From an uncultured delta proteobacterium (GTDB taxonomy: Bacteria; Desulfobacterota; Desulfuromonadia; Desulfuromonadales; JACZKF01), in contig CAWFKQ010000007.1 of the NCBI GenBank assembly GCA_963816395.1, forward strand, positions 387,738 through 451,737: 64,000 nt of DNA, written 5' to 3'. The position numbers were made by a program, and so were the translations under genes. This document shows, one piece after another, positions 35,955 through 47,414 of this stretch. The number at the start of each line of letters is the position of its first letter. Within the stretch, counting starts at the first letter, position 1. The notes below the pieces were generated by a model. The model saw only the letters and a list, made by a program, of their open reading frames with translations. It ran no database searches and was not told the DNA's origin.

Positions 35955-35990
35955 CAGGTTCAAGGTTCAAGTCCAAGGTTCAAGGTAGGG
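35955..35990. repeat. Tandem heptads GGTTCAA (family C) between aroA and cmk
   Basis: caGGTTCAAGGTTCAAGTCCAAGGTTCAAGGTAGGGGG seen directly. Confidence 0.8.
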
Positions 35991-35992
35991 GG

Positions 35993-37282
35993 TCAATGAC
36001 TTATTTTTTCGAGCAGTTCCCAGAAATTGGGAAAGGAAGTGGCGGTGCAGGCGGTGTCCTCAATTTCCACCGAGGCGGCAGCGCGCAGGGCGGCCACGGC
36101 CAGGCTCATGGCAATCCGGTGATCGCCGCCGGAGCTGACGCGGCCGCCGGTGAGGCCATCGACGCCGTTGATAACCATGCCGTCCTCGCGGGCCTCCACC
36201 TGCGCCCCGAGACAGGTGAGACCGGTCGTCACGGCGGCGATCCGGTCGGTCTCCTTGACCCGCAGCTCGCGGGCATCGCGGATGACCGTCGTGCCTTCGG
36301 CGAAAGCGGCGGCGATGCCGATTACCGGCAACTCGTCAATGGCCCGCGGCACCACCGCGCCGCCGATCTCGGTCCCCTTCAGCGAACTGCTCTTCACCAG
36401 GATGTCGGCCACCGGTTCGCCAGCGATCTCCCGCTGATTCAACAGCTCGAGCGAGCCGCCCATCGCCTGGAGGATATCGATAATGCCGCTGCGCGTAGGA
36501 TTCACTCCGACGTTGCGGACCAGCAACTCGGAACCGGGAACGATCAGGGCGGCCACCAGGAAAAAGGCGGCCGAGGAAATATCCCCGGGGACAAAGACAT
36601 CCCGACCCTGCAGGCGCGGGCGCCCGGAAACCGAGACCCCTCCGGCGAAAGGACGGACGTCGGCACCAAACCAGGCCAACATCCGCTCGCTGTGATCGCG
36701 CGACAGATGCGGCTCGCGTACGGTGGTCAGGCCGTCGGCGTAGAGGCCGGCCAGCAGAACGGCAGATTTGACCTGGGCGCTGGCGATCGGCGAGGTGTAA
36801 TCGATGGGACGCAGCGCTCCCCCCTGAATAGCCAGTGGGGCCAGATCTCCCCCTCCCCGGCCGAGAATGCGTGCCCCCATGGCGGTCAGGGGATCGACCA
36901 CCCGCTTCATCGGCCGGCGGCGCAGGTACTGATCCCCGGTAAGAACGGAGAAGAAGGACTGGCCGGCGAGCAGGCCGGTCATCAGGCGGATGGTCGTTCC
37001 CGAATTGCCGCAATCGAGCACATCATCCGGCTCCGCCAGGCCGTTCAGCCCCCGCCCCTGAATCTTCAGCACTCCCCCCGCCAGATCCTCGATGGCGACC
37101 CCCATGGCCCGAAAAGCCTTGAGCGTGGCGTGGTTGTCTTCCCCGTGCAGGAAACCGTGCACCACCGTCGTCCCTTCGGCCAGGGAGCCGAGCATGATCG
37201 AGCGGTGGGAAATCGATTTGTCGCCGGGGACAGCCACCTCCCCGCGCAGAGCACGGACGGGCCGGACGGTACGGGTTTCCAT
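35993..37282 (-). CDS. aroA: 3-phosphoshikimate 1-carboxyvinyltransferase (EPSP synthase)
   Basis: Trimmed to METRTVRPVRALRGEVAVPGDKSISHRSIMLGSLAEG (ATG 37282); LDCGNSGTTIRLMTG motif. Confidence 0.95.
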   Translation of the reverse strand: METRTVRPVRALRGEVAVPGDKSISHRSIMLGSLAEGTTVVHGFLHGEDNHATLKAFRAMGVAIEDLAGGVLKIQGRGLNGLAEPDDVLDCGNSGTTIRLMTGLLAGQSFFSVLTGDQYLRRRPMKRVVDPLTAMGARILGRGGGDLAPLAIQGGALRPIDYTSPIASAQVKSAVLLAGLYADGLTTVREPHLSRDHSERMLAWFGADVRPFAGGVSVSGRPRLQGRDVFVPGDISSAAFFLVAALIVPGSELLVRNVGVNPTRSGIIDILQAMGGSLELLNQREIAGEPVADILVKSSSLKGTEIGGAVVPRAIDELPVIGIAAAFAEGTTVIRDARELRVKETDRIAAVTTGLTCLGAQVEAREDGMVINGVDGLTGGRVSSGGDHRIAMSLAVAALRAAASVEIEDTACTATSFPNFWELLEKISH

Positions 37283-37322
37283 ACAGACCTCGTGAAGACT
37301 CGCTTCACCTCCTGCACCTGTC

Positions 37323-38186
37323 TCACAGGATAGCGTCCCGGCTCTCCTTGGAGCGCAGGAAAAATTCGAACAGGCGCCCGCCGTCGCCGCAGCGGATATC
37401 TTCTTTGAGTTCGCCGAAGAAAGTTTCAAAGCGCTCCATCATCTCCAGCAGGGCGTCACGGTTGGTGGCGGCGATGTCGCGCCACATGGTCGGATCGGAG
37501 GAGGCGATGCGCGTGAAATCGCGGAAACCGCCGGCCGAGTATTCGAGAATATTTTCCTCGTAGCGGTCATACGAGCCAACGGCGTTGACCAGTGAATAGG
37601 CAACCATATGGGGCAGATGACTGATTGCCGCCAAAATGCGATCGTGCTTCTCCACCTTCATCAGCACCACCTCGCTGCCGACGGTCTCCCACATGCGCCG
37701 CACCAGGTCAAGGGCGCTCCCAGCAGTGTGATCGGTGGGGGTGAGGATGCAGCGACGATCCCGGTAAAGGCTGGCAAAGGCAGCCTCGGCGCCGCTTTTC
37801 TCGGTGCCGGCGATGGGATGGCCCGGAACGAAATGGATATCCTGGCGCAGCAGCGGCTCGATGGCACGCACCACCGCCCCCTTGACGCTGCCGCCGTCGG
37901 TAAGGATCGCCCCCGGCTTGAGATGGGGAATGATCGTGGCCGCCACCTCCGCCAGGGACAGCACCGGCGTGGCGAGAAAAATCAGGTCGGCCTCCCGGCA
38001 TCCGGCGACGGCATCGAGGGAGATGCGGTCGATGACCCCCAGCTCGAGGGCTTTTTCCAGATTCGCCCGGCCTCGACCGACGCCGATTACTTCCCCCACC
38101 GCCCCCACTTCTTTCAGGGCCAGGGCCAGGGAGCCGCCAATCAGGCCGACACCGATAATTGCCAGTTTCGGAATATAAAAGCTCAT
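37323..38186 (-). CDS. tyrA: Prephenate dehydrogenase
   Basis: Trimmed to MSFYIPKLAIIGVGLIGGSLALAL (ATG 38186); ..HFVPGHPIAGTEKSG.. Confidence 0.9.
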   Translation of the reverse strand: MSFYIPKLAIIGVGLIGGSLALALKEVGAVGEVIGVGRGRANLEKALELGVIDRISLDAVAGCREADLIFLATPVLSLAEVAATIIPHLKPGAILTDGGSVKGAVVRAIEPLLRQDIHFVPGHPIAGTEKSGAEAAFASLYRDRRCILTPTDHTAGSALDLVRRMWETVGSEVVLMKVEKHDRILAAISHLPHMVAYSLVNAVGSYDRYEENILEYSAGGFRDFTRIASSDPTMWRDIAATNRDALLEMMERFETFFGELKEDIRCGDGGRLFEFFLRSKESRDAIL

Positions 38187-38208
38187 GAATTTTAAATTCT
38201 GAATCCCT

Positions 38209-39285
38209 TCACCTTGCCTTCGGATACGAACCCAGCACCTTGACAAACTGGCAGTAATCCTTCAACTCGGTGATAGCGGTGCGAACGTTTTCTTCTTCAA
38301 TATGCCCGTCCATATCGAGAAAGAAGATATATTCCCAGGCCTTGGTTTTCATCGGCCGGCTCTCGATTTTGGACAGGTTGATGCCGCGTTTGCTGAACGG
38401 TTCCAGCATGCGATAGAGAATGCCCGGCTCGTCGTGGACGCTGAACATCACGGAGGTCTTGTCCCGGCCACTGGGCGCCGGGGAGCGGCGGCCGATGACC
38501 AGAAAACGGGTGAAGTTGCTGGGGTTGTCCTCGATTTTCTCCTTCACCGTCTTCAGGCCGTAGAGGGAGGCTGCCATTTCGCTGGCGATGGCGGCCGCGG
38601 TATCGTCCTCGGCGGCCATCTGCGCCGCCTGGGCGGTGCTGGCGACATCGACCAGGGGAACCTCCGGGAGGTTTTCTTCCAGCCAGTGACGGCATTGAGC
38701 CAGCGGCTGGGGGTGGGAAAGGATCTTTTTCACATCTTCCAGAGAACCGCTGCGGGAGAGGAGGAAATGGGAGATCTGCAGCAGGATTTCGGCGCTGATC
38801 TGCAGGTCGGACTCCATGAACATGTCCAGGGTGTGGGAAACCACCCCTTCCGTGGAGTTCTCCACCGGCACCACGCCGTAATGTACCCGCCCACGTCGGA
38901 CCTCGTCAAAAATTCCGGGGATGCTCTTCTGCGGCACAAGTTGGGCGGAGAAGCCGAACTGCTGCATGGCGGCGACGTGAGTGAAGGTTCCCTGCGGTCC
39001 GAGAAAAGCCACCTTCATGGGCTGTTCGAGGGAGAGGGAGGCGGAGATGATCTCGCGGAAAACCCGGCGGATCGCCTCGGTGGGAAAGGGGCCGGGATTG
39101 CTTTCGGCAAGCCGCTGATAAATCGCCTGCTCCCGGCTGGGAACGTAGAAATCCTGGTTCTTGCCGGCCTTGGCCCGGCCCACCTCGAGGACTACCCGGG
39201 CTCGCCGATTGAGCAGTTCCAAAATCTGGTCGTCGATGGCATCGATCTGCTGCCGCAGTCCGCCGAGCTCTTCTTTTCCGCTCAT
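38209..39285 (-). CDS. pheA: Bifunctional chorismate mutase / prephenate dehydratase (P-protein) with ACT domain
   Basis: Trimmed to MSGKEELGGLRQQIDAIDDQILELLNRRA (ATG 39285). PDT domain (VAFLGPQGTFTH..VPVENSTEGVV) and ACT domain (..TSVMFSVHDEPGILYRML..ESRP). Confidence 0.9.
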   Translation of the reverse strand: MSGKEELGGLRQQIDAIDDQILELLNRRARVVLEVGRAKAGKNQDFYVPSREQAIYQRLAESNPGPFPTEAIRRVFREIISASLSLEQPMKVAFLGPQGTFTHVAAMQQFGFSAQLVPQKSIPGIFDEVRRGRVHYGVVPVENSTEGVVSHTLDMFMESDLQISAEILLQISHFLLSRSGSLEDVKKILSHPQPLAQCRHWLEENLPEVPLVDVASTAQAAQMAAEDDTAAAIASEMAASLYGLKTVKEKIEDNPSNFTRFLVIGRRSPAPSGRDKTSVMFSVHDEPGILYRMLEPFSKRGINLSKIESRPMKTKAWEYIFFLDMDGHIEEENVRTAITELKDYCQFVKVLGSYPKAR

Positions 39286-39478
39286 GGCACTATCCCTTCC
39301 CGCCCCGTTGGAACGGGCAATGTAGCCCAAACCGGCGGAAAAAGCAAGGCGTTCAGGGAGGTAGCGGCACCCTCGGCAAGGCTGTTGCCAGGGGTTTTGG
39401 GAGCGGGAAAAATGGAAATTGCCTTTCCCCGGCTTCCCCGCTAAACTGCATTCCTCATTTCATTTGAAGGAGTGTGGC

Positions 39479-40693
39479 ATGGCGATAGCAGACAAGGTGA
39501 AGGAGTGCATCGAGCGCTCGTCTTGGATTCGTAAGATGTTCGAGGAAGGGGCGCGGCTGCGCCAGTTGCATGGCGAAGAGAACGTCTTCGACTTCACCCT
39601 GGGGAATCCCTCGGTAGAACCGCCGGAGGCGTTTCGCCGCGAGTTGCGGCACTTGGCCGAGCATCCCGTGCCGGGCATGCACCGTTATATGAACAACGCC
39701 GGCTACGAGGAGACGCGCGCGGCGGTCGCAGCGGTTCTGGCCGAGAATTCTGGATGCCCAGTGGCGAGCCGCCATGTGCTCATGACCTGCGGCGCCGGGG
39801 GAGCGCTCAACGTCGCCCTGAAAACGATCCTCAATCCGGGGGAAGAGGTGATCATCCTCGCCCCCTATTTCGTCGAGTATAAATTCTACATCGATAATCA
39901 CGGCGGCGTCAGCCGGGAGGCGTGGACCGACCGGGAGAGCTTCCAGCTCGACATTGCCGCCATCGAGCGGGCGATCGGCCCATCAACTCGAGCTGTCATT
40001 GTCAATTCCCCCAACAACCCGACCGGGGTGATCTACCCGGAGGAGAGCCTGCGGGCCCTAGGAGAGATGCTGGAACGGAAGGGCCGTGAACTCGGCCGGC
40101 AGATTTATGTCATCTCCGACGAACCCTACGCCCGCCTCTCCTACGACGGCCAGCGCGTGCCGGCGGTTTTCTCCTGCATCCGCAACGCAATCGTCGTCAC
40201 TTCCCATTCCAAGGACCTCGCCCTGCCCGGGGAGCGCATCGGCTATGTGGCGGCCAATCCCGCTATGGAGGAGGTCGACCTGTTCCTGGAGGGAGCGGTC
40301 TTCTGCAACCGGGTCCTCGGCTTCGTCAATGCCCCGGCGCTGATGCAGCGCCTGGTGGCCAAGCTCCAGCGGGAGAGCGTCGATATCGGCGAATACCAGC
40401 GCAAACGGGACCTGCTTTACGAACACTTGACCGGCCTCGGTTTCCGCATAGTGAAACCCGGCGGCGGCTTTTATCTCTTCCCGCAATCTCCCCTGCCCGA
40501 CGATATCGCCTTCGTCCGCCTGGCCCAGAAACACAATATTCTGCTGGTGCCGGGGGCGGGTTTCGGCGCCCCGGGATATTTCCGCATTGCCTATTGCGTC
40601 GACGAGGCGACGATCCGCCGCAGTCTGCCGGCATGGGACCGGCTGGCGGCCGAACTCGACCGGGATGGCTTGGAAGGGGAAAGGGCGCGGTGA
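39479..40693 (+). CDS. Class I/II PLP-dependent aminotransferase (aspartate/aromatic type)
   Basis: Start ATG 39479 behind GAAGGAG. ..FTLGNPSVEPP..YMNNAGY..SPNNPTG..VTSHSKDLALPGERIGY..GYFRIAY. Divergent from pheA. Confidence 0.85.
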   Translation: MAIADKVKECIERSSWIRKMFEEGARLRQLHGEENVFDFTLGNPSVEPPEAFRRELRHLAEHPVPGMHRYMNNAGYEETRAAVAAVLAENSGCPVASRHVLMTCGAGGALNVALKTILNPGEEVIILAPYFVEYKFYIDNHGGVSREAWTDRESFQLDIAAIERAIGPSTRAVIVNSPNNPTGVIYPEESLRALGEMLERKGRELGRQIYVISDEPYARLSYDGQRVPAVFSCIRNAIVVTSHSKDLALPGERIGYVAANPAMEEVDLFLEGAVFCNRVLGFVNAPALMQRLVAKLQRESVDIGEYQRKRDLLYEHLTGLGFRIVKPGGGFYLFPQSPLPDDIAFVRLAQKHNILLVPGAGFGAPGYFRIAYCVDEATIRRSLPAWDRLAAELDRDGLEGERAR

Positions 40694-40813
40694 GCCTTGA
40701 TTTTCGCTGATGGCCCGGGCGACAGGACCTGCGGTTCGGGCGCAGAATGCAGCCTCATGCGCCCGGGGTCGGGATTCCCCGCTGTTGAGCGTAGCCAGGG
40801 TCGGAAGGGGATG

Positions 40814-42536
40814 TTATTGATCGGCTGACCGGCAGTCCCGGATCCTCAATTGTACCGATCGAGTACCGCGCCAGTCATTGAAGGCCGGGGTGAAAAGAAT
40901 ATCGATATTTCCCCGCAATTCGGGCGCCCGGTCGGCCATGCCGAAAGCGATGCAGGGGAAACTGCAGCCGCCCTGGCGGGCGGTGAAGCGCAGATGATTT
41001 TCACCGACCGGGCATACCTGGCGCGCCTGCACTCCCAGGGCGATGAAGGACGGTTCCGGGTTGCCGGCGCCGAAGGGCGCAAGACCGGAGATTTCCCGCA
41101 CCACCTCCGGAGTTATTTCTTCGAACAGCACCTCTCCATCGTGCAGCAGCCGCGGGAGCAGATCCTCCTCCCTGAGCACCTCCCGGGCCACTTGTTCGAA
41201 GGCGGCGGCAAAGACGCTGAGATTTCTTTCGGCGATGGTCAGGCCGGCGGCGCATTCGTGGCCGCCGAAGCCCTCCAGGTGCCCGCCACAACGCTGCAGG
41301 GCATGAAAGAGGTGGAGGCCGGCGATGGAACGTGCCGATCCCTTGCCAATGCCGTTCTGCAGGGCAATGAGAATGGTCGGCCGATGGTAACGTTCCACCA
41401 GGCGGCTGGCGACGATGCCGATGACGCCGGGATGCCAGCGGGAGTCGGCAAGAACGATGGCATACTCTCCCCCCTCTCCCTGTTCCAGTCGCTCCACGGC
41501 CTGTCTCAGAGTCTCCTCCTCGAACCGCTGCCGCTGCCGGTTAAAAAGATCGAGCTGCTCGGCAATGGCCTGCGCCGGGGCGGCTTCGCCGGCGAGCATA
41601 AGTTCCACCCCCAGCGCGGCATCTTCCAACCGGCCGGCGGCATTGAGACGAGGGGCAAGGCGAAAGGCTACGGCGCCGCAGTTGACCTCCTTTACTGCCG
41701 CCACCTTTTTCAGCGCCTCCAGGCCGGGTCTTTCCGAACGGGCGATGACCTTCAGCCCGACCCGAGTCAGTAAACGGTTGACCCCGGTCAGAGGCACCAC
41801 ATCGGCAATCGTGCCCAGGGCGACCAGGTCGAGGGAACGGCGCAGGTCCGGCTCGTCCCTCCCACCGAAGGCGCCCTTCTCCCGCAAGACCTTGCGCAGG
41901 GCGACCAGGAGAAAAAAGGCCACTCCCACCCCTGCCAGACTCCTGTAGGGAAAGGCGCTCCCCGCTAGACGCGGGGTGCACGATGGCGCAGGCCGGCGGC
42001 AGGCGATCAGGAGGCTCATGGTGGTCGGTGATGATGAGGTCGAGGTCCAGGGAAGCGGCCAGGCTGGCTTCGGCAGCGGCGGAGATACCGCAATCGACGG
42101 AGAGGATAACCCGGGCTCCGGCCGCCGCAGCCTGCTTCAGGGCAGCGGCGGAAAGGCCGTAGCCGTCGCGTAGCCGCAGGGGAATATGATATTCGACACG
42201 GGCGCCAAAAGCCCGCAGGTTTTCCACCAGGAGGGCCGCGCCGGTGATGCCGTCGACGTCATAGTCGCCGTGCACCGAGATCAATTCACCATTGGCAATG
42301 GCGTCGGCCAGGCGGTTGGCAGCCGGGGCGGCTCCCGGCAGGAGGAAGGGATCAGGGAGAGCCGCCAGCCGCCCGTCAAGAAAGGCAAGCCCCTCGGCAA
42401 CGGAACGGATGCCGCGGAAAAGAAGCGTCCGCCCGGTCAGGGCGGACAGCCCCAGACCGGCGCAGAGGGGAGCGAGCTGTTGCAGAACCGCCGCATCCCC
42501 CCGCCACAGCCAGTGCCGGCCGCTTACCGGCTGCAT
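40814..42536 (-). pseudogene. recJ: Single-stranded-DNA-specific exonuclease RecJ, +1 frameshift in a C4 run
   Basis: Starts MQPVSGRHWLW (ATG 42536). ..VHGDYDVDGITGAALL..VDCGISA..ITDHHEPPDRLPPACAIVHP then the frame shifts at 41973-41976 into ORF 40814..42019 (RLAGSAFPYRSLAGVGVAFFLLVAL...). 1722 nt if repaired. Confidence 0.85.
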
Positions 42537-42576
42537 ATGTTTTCCGCCCCGGCGGCCGGCCGCTGCGGGCAGCCGG

Positions 42577-43172
42577 TCATTTTGCCGGCTGGGCGGCCGG
42601 GGCAGGCGCCGACGAGCTCGCTGGGTCGGGTGGGTGCGGATGAATTCGAGCTCAGCGCGAATCTGATCGGCGCCGGGACCGCTCGGGTTCAACTGCAGAA
42701 AGCGGGTCCAGACCTCGGCCGCCTTGGGAAAGTCGTTCAGATCATACCGGTAGACCACTCCCAGGTTGAACAGGCTCTGCAGATGGGCGGGATTGATCTT
42801 GCCGGCCTTGGTGAAATTGGCGATCGCCCGATCGAACCAGCCGAGACGGCGGAACATGATCCCCTGATCGGTGAGCAGGTCCGGATCATTGGGGTCCATC
42901 TCCAGCGCCTTGCCGTAAGCCTCGACCGCTTTCGCCGCCTGATCCGAATCGAAATAGCTGTTCCCCAACTGGACCCAGGCATTGCGGTTACCGGGATCCT
43001 TAGCCACAATCCCCTCCAGGATGCGGATCTTATCCTGGTAATTGACCGCCGGCGCCGCCGTTCCGGCGGGCGCCGCACTTTCCTTCCCCCGGTCCCCCTT
43101 GCTGACCAGAATACCGATCAGCAGGCCGACGACCAAGGCGATGCCGACGATCAGAACCGTCTCTTTTTTCAT
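42577..43172 (-). pseudogene. Membrane-anchored TPR-repeat protein, apparent 1-nt deletion near the 3' end
   Basis: MKKETVLIVGIALVVGLLIGILV, then TPR repeats. As given it reads through into recJ (ORF 41541..43172). The adjacent frame gives the tail ...IRTHP(D)PASSSAPAPAAQPAK*, with stop at 42577, if one C is restored near 42625-42635. Confidence 0.6.
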
Positions 43173-43173
43173 C

Positions 43174-44118
43174 TCAGGTATTCCTTTGACTGATTACCCC
43201 TTTGGCCGGTACTGCGGACTTCCCGTCCTTGTGTTTCTCCCAGAGGAGCAGGACCGGGCTGGCCACGTAGATGGAAGAATAGGTTCCGACGATGATCCCG
43301 ACGAGCATGGCAAAAGCGAAGCTGTTAATGACGGTCCCGCCGAAGAAAAACAGGGCAAGTACCGCCAGCATGGTCATCCCGGAGGTCATGACTGTTCGAG
43401 AAAGAGTTTCATTGATGCTGCGATTGATAATCGATGACAGATTATCCTTGGGATGCTTCCCCATATTTTCGCGAATCCGGTCGCAGACAATGACCGTGTC
43501 GTTGACGGAATAACCGATGATGGTGAGAAAGGCGGCAATAATGGTCAGGTCGATCTCCCTGTTGAGCAGGGAAAAGAACGTGAGAGTGATGAGCACATCA
43601 TGGACCAGGGCGATGACGGCCCCGACCCCGAAGCGGAATTCAAACCGCCAGGTGATGTAGATGAGCATGCCGGCAATGGCAAAAAGAACCGCCATCAATC
43701 CTTTATTGCGCAAGTTCTTGCTGACCTTGGGCCCGACCATTTCGGTACGGCGGATTTCCACCTTCCCCTCCCCGTAGGTCTTCTCCAGGGTGGTCTTGAT
43801 CCTGGCGGCCAGACTCTCCAACTCTGTGCTCGATTCCTGCGCCCGCACGAGAAATTCGTCCGGCTGAGTTCCGAACTGCTGGATGGTCATGCTGCGCAGT
43901 CCCAAATCCTTCAGGGCATCCCGAACCTTCGCTGCTGAGGTGCTCTCGCCGAAACGAACCTGCACCAGGGTGCCGCCGGCGAAATCGATCCCGTAAGAAG
44001 GGCCGCCCTTGACCACCAGGGAAACGATCCCTATCAGAATAAGGACCAGGGAAAAAGCGAAGGCAATCTTACGCTTGCCGACAAAATCAATATTGGTATT
44101 GGGTTTGATTATTTCCAT
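43174..44118 (-). CDS. secF: Protein translocase subunit SecF
   Basis: 314 aa, typical SecF (..IDFAGGT..; C-terminal six-TM bundle). Confidence 0.95.
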   Translation of the reverse strand: MEIIKPNTNIDFVGKRKIAFAFSLVLILIGIVSLVVKGGPSYGIDFAGGTLVQVRFGESTSAAKVRDALKDLGLRSMTIQQFGTQPDEFLVRAQESSTELESLAARIKTTLEKTYGEGKVEIRRTEMVGPKVSKNLRNKGLMAVLFAIAGMLIYITWRFEFRFGVGAVIALVHDVLITLTFFSLLNREIDLTIIAAFLTIIGYSVNDTVIVCDRIRENMGKHPKDNLSSIINRSINETLSRTVMTSGMTMLAVLALFFFGGTVINSFAFAMLVGIIVGTYSSIYVASPVLLLWEKHKDGKSAVPAKGVISQRNT

Positions 44119-44128
44119 CGGCCTTTCC

Positions 44129-45727
44129 TCAAATGCTCAGCCGCTTGATCGTGCGGCGTTCCAGGAAGAAGTGGTAAATGAGCCGGGTGATGAACAAGGC
44201 GGAGAACAGGGTGGTGAGGATGCCAGCCGAAAGAGTGACAGCGAATCCCTTGACCGGACCGGTGCCGAACTGGAACAGAATCAGCCCGGCGAGCAAAGTG
44301 GTAAGGTTGGAGTCCATGACGGTCCAGAAGGCCTTGGCATAGCCGGCTTCCAGGCTGGCCCGGGCGGTTTTCCCCAAGCGCAGTTCCTCGCGTATGCGCT
44401 CGTTGATCAGCACGTTGGCATCGACCGCCATGCCGAGGGTCAGGGCGATACCGGCGATGCCGGGCAGGGTCAGAGTCGCTTTGAAAAGGCTGAGAATGGC
44501 CAGAATGAAGAGCAGGTTCATGCCCAGGGCGATATTGGCGACTATGCCAGCCCACTTGTAGTAAATCACCATGGCCACAACCACCAGAATTCCCGCCAGA
44601 AGAACGGCGATAATCCCCTGATGGATGGAATCCCGGCCGAGGGAAGGTCCGACGGTGCGGTTTTCCAGGATCTTCACCGGCGCCGGCAGGGAGCCGGCCC
44701 GCAGGACGATGGCCAGGTCGGTGGCCTCCTGGGAGGTGAAGGAGCCGCTGATCTGGGCGCTCCCTCCGGAAATCCGCTCGCGGATCACCGGGGCGGAATA
44801 GACGGTGTTATCCAGAACGATGGCCATCCGTTTACCGACGTTGGCGGCGGTAATCTGGTCGAACCGTTTGGCCCCGAGTGAATTGAAATCAATGGAGACA
44901 TAAGGCTCATTGAAGCGGGAATCGATCCGGACCTGGGCGTCGGACAACAGATCGCCAGTCAGGACAGTCTTGTCCTTGACCACGATGGGGATCTCGGTCA
45001 CCGTTCCATTTTGTGGATCTACCTTGCGCTCATACAGGATTTCGTCACCCGGGGGAAGCTTCCCCTTGAGGGCCTCCTGTGCGTTGACATCCTCGTCGAC
45101 CATCTTGAAATCGAGACGGGCGGTTTTACCCAGCAGGGCGATGGCGCGCTGCGGATCCTTGACCCCGGGAAGCTGGATCAGGATGTCGTTATCCCCCTGG
45201 CGCTGAATGGTCGGTTCACTGACCCCGAACTGGTCCACACGGTTGCGCAGAGTTTCCAGTGCCTGGCGGATGGCGTAGTCCTTGATGCGGGCGATTTCAT
45301 TTTCGCTGAGGCGGTAGTCCTTCTGGATATAGCCCCCCTCTTCCTTGAGCGTCAGCGGCTCCAGGGTGGGGAAATTATCCTTCATCAGGGCATCGACCTT
45401 GGCACCGGCGGTCTGGTCATAGACCGTCACTCCCACCAGGTCGCCGGGCAGGCGGGTCACCCGTTTGAAGACGACATCCTTTTCCCGCAGGAGGGAATCG
45501 GTCTGGTCGACGATGCTGTCGACCCGGCTCTCGACCGCCTTATCCACGTCGACCCCCAACACCAGGTGCATCCCCCCCTGCAGGTCGAGGCCGAGATGAA
45601 TCGGATCGAAGGCCTTTTTCCACCAATCGGGAAGACTCTGCGAAAAAAACGTAGGGGCTAGGGATACCAGTGCGAGGACCAGGAGAAGCAGGACCAGCAG
45701 TCCTCGCCATTGGATACTTTTGGACAT
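44129..45727 (-). CDS. secD: Protein translocase subunit SecD
   Basis: 532 aa, typical SecD (..LGLDLQGGMHLVL..; C-terminal six-TM bundle). Confidence 0.95.
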   Translation of the reverse strand: MSKSIQWRGLLVLLLLVLALVSLAPTFFSQSLPDWWKKAFDPIHLGLDLQGGMHLVLGVDVDKAVESRVDSIVDQTDSLLREKDVVFKRVTRLPGDLVGVTVYDQTAGAKVDALMKDNFPTLEPLTLKEEGGYIQKDYRLSENEIARIKDYAIRQALETLRNRVDQFGVSEPTIQRQGDNDILIQLPGVKDPQRAIALLGKTARLDFKMVDEDVNAQEALKGKLPPGDEILYERKVDPQNGTVTEIPIVVKDKTVLTGDLLSDAQVRIDSRFNEPYVSIDFNSLGAKRFDQITAANVGKRMAIVLDNTVYSAPVIRERISGGSAQISGSFTSQEATDLAIVLRAGSLPAPVKILENRTVGPSLGRDSIHQGIIAVLLAGILVVVAMVIYYKWAGIVANIALGMNLLFILAILSLFKATLTLPGIAGIALTLGMAVDANVLINERIREELRLGKTARASLEAGYAKAFWTVMDSNLTTLLAGLILFQFGTGPVKGFAVTLSAGILTTLFSALFITRLIYHFFLERRTIKRLSI

Positions 45728-45803
45728 GGCTGAATGAACTCCTTTCGGGAATTTCCGGGCGGCCGGCGCTTACCGGCAGCCGAAAACGGACGCCTGGCGG
45801 CGG

Positions 45804-46133
45804 TCAGCCTTCCTGCTTGGCGCCGATAACGGAAGAGCGGTTGACTTTGACTTTGACACCCGTCGCCACTTCGAGAACCACAAGGGTTTCCTGCAATGCC
45901 GAGACTTTTCCATGCAGCCCGCCGGCGGTAACCACCTGATCTCCCACCTTAAGGTTTTCGATGAGTTGCTTGTGCTGCTTGGCGCGCTTCTGCTGCGGGC
46001 GAATCAGCAGAAAATAGAAAATGGCGAACATGATCACCAGCATGATGATCCCCTCGTACCCTGGACGCTGCTGGCCTGCGCCCGTGCCGTTGCCGGCCAT
46101 GGCAAAGGCTTCGGAAATGCCGAACAAATTCAT
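45804..46133 (-). CDS. yajC: Preprotein translocase subunit YajC
   Basis: 109 aa: ..FYFLLIRPQQKRAKQHKQLIENLKVGDQVVTAGGLHGKV.. Confidence 0.9.
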   Translation of the reverse strand: MNLFGISEAFAMAGNGTGAGQQRPGYEGIIMLVIMFAIFYFLLIRPQQKRAKQHKQLIENLKVGDQVVTAGGLHGKVSALQETLVVLEVATGVKVKVNRSSVIGAKQEG

Positions 46134-46225
46134 TGGTGACCTCCTTCAGGTGGTGAATACTTCCGATGCTGTAAATAGCAGGCGACAGGCAAACATGTCA
46201 TTATATCCCATCTTCCCGGCCGTTG

Positions 46226-47410
<1,185 letters not shown>

Positions 47411-47414
<4 letters not shown>

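Noticed and set aside
35747-37333. 528-aa + ORF, and similar long antisense ORFs (53128..54981, 38302..39444, 42186..43193, 60676..61860, 61924..63054, 28772..29809, 32695..33669)
   Set aside because: Each is the mirror frame of a confidently identified minus-strand gene (aroA, ygiQ, pheA, TPR/recJ, asd, leuB, tolC, rpsA). High GC suppresses stops in antisense frames.
41541-43172. 543-aa TPR-RecJ fusion protein
   Set aside because: RecJ has its own ATG (42536). The TPR protein regains a natural tail and stop (42577) in the adjacent frame. The fusion is best explained by a 1-nt deletion.
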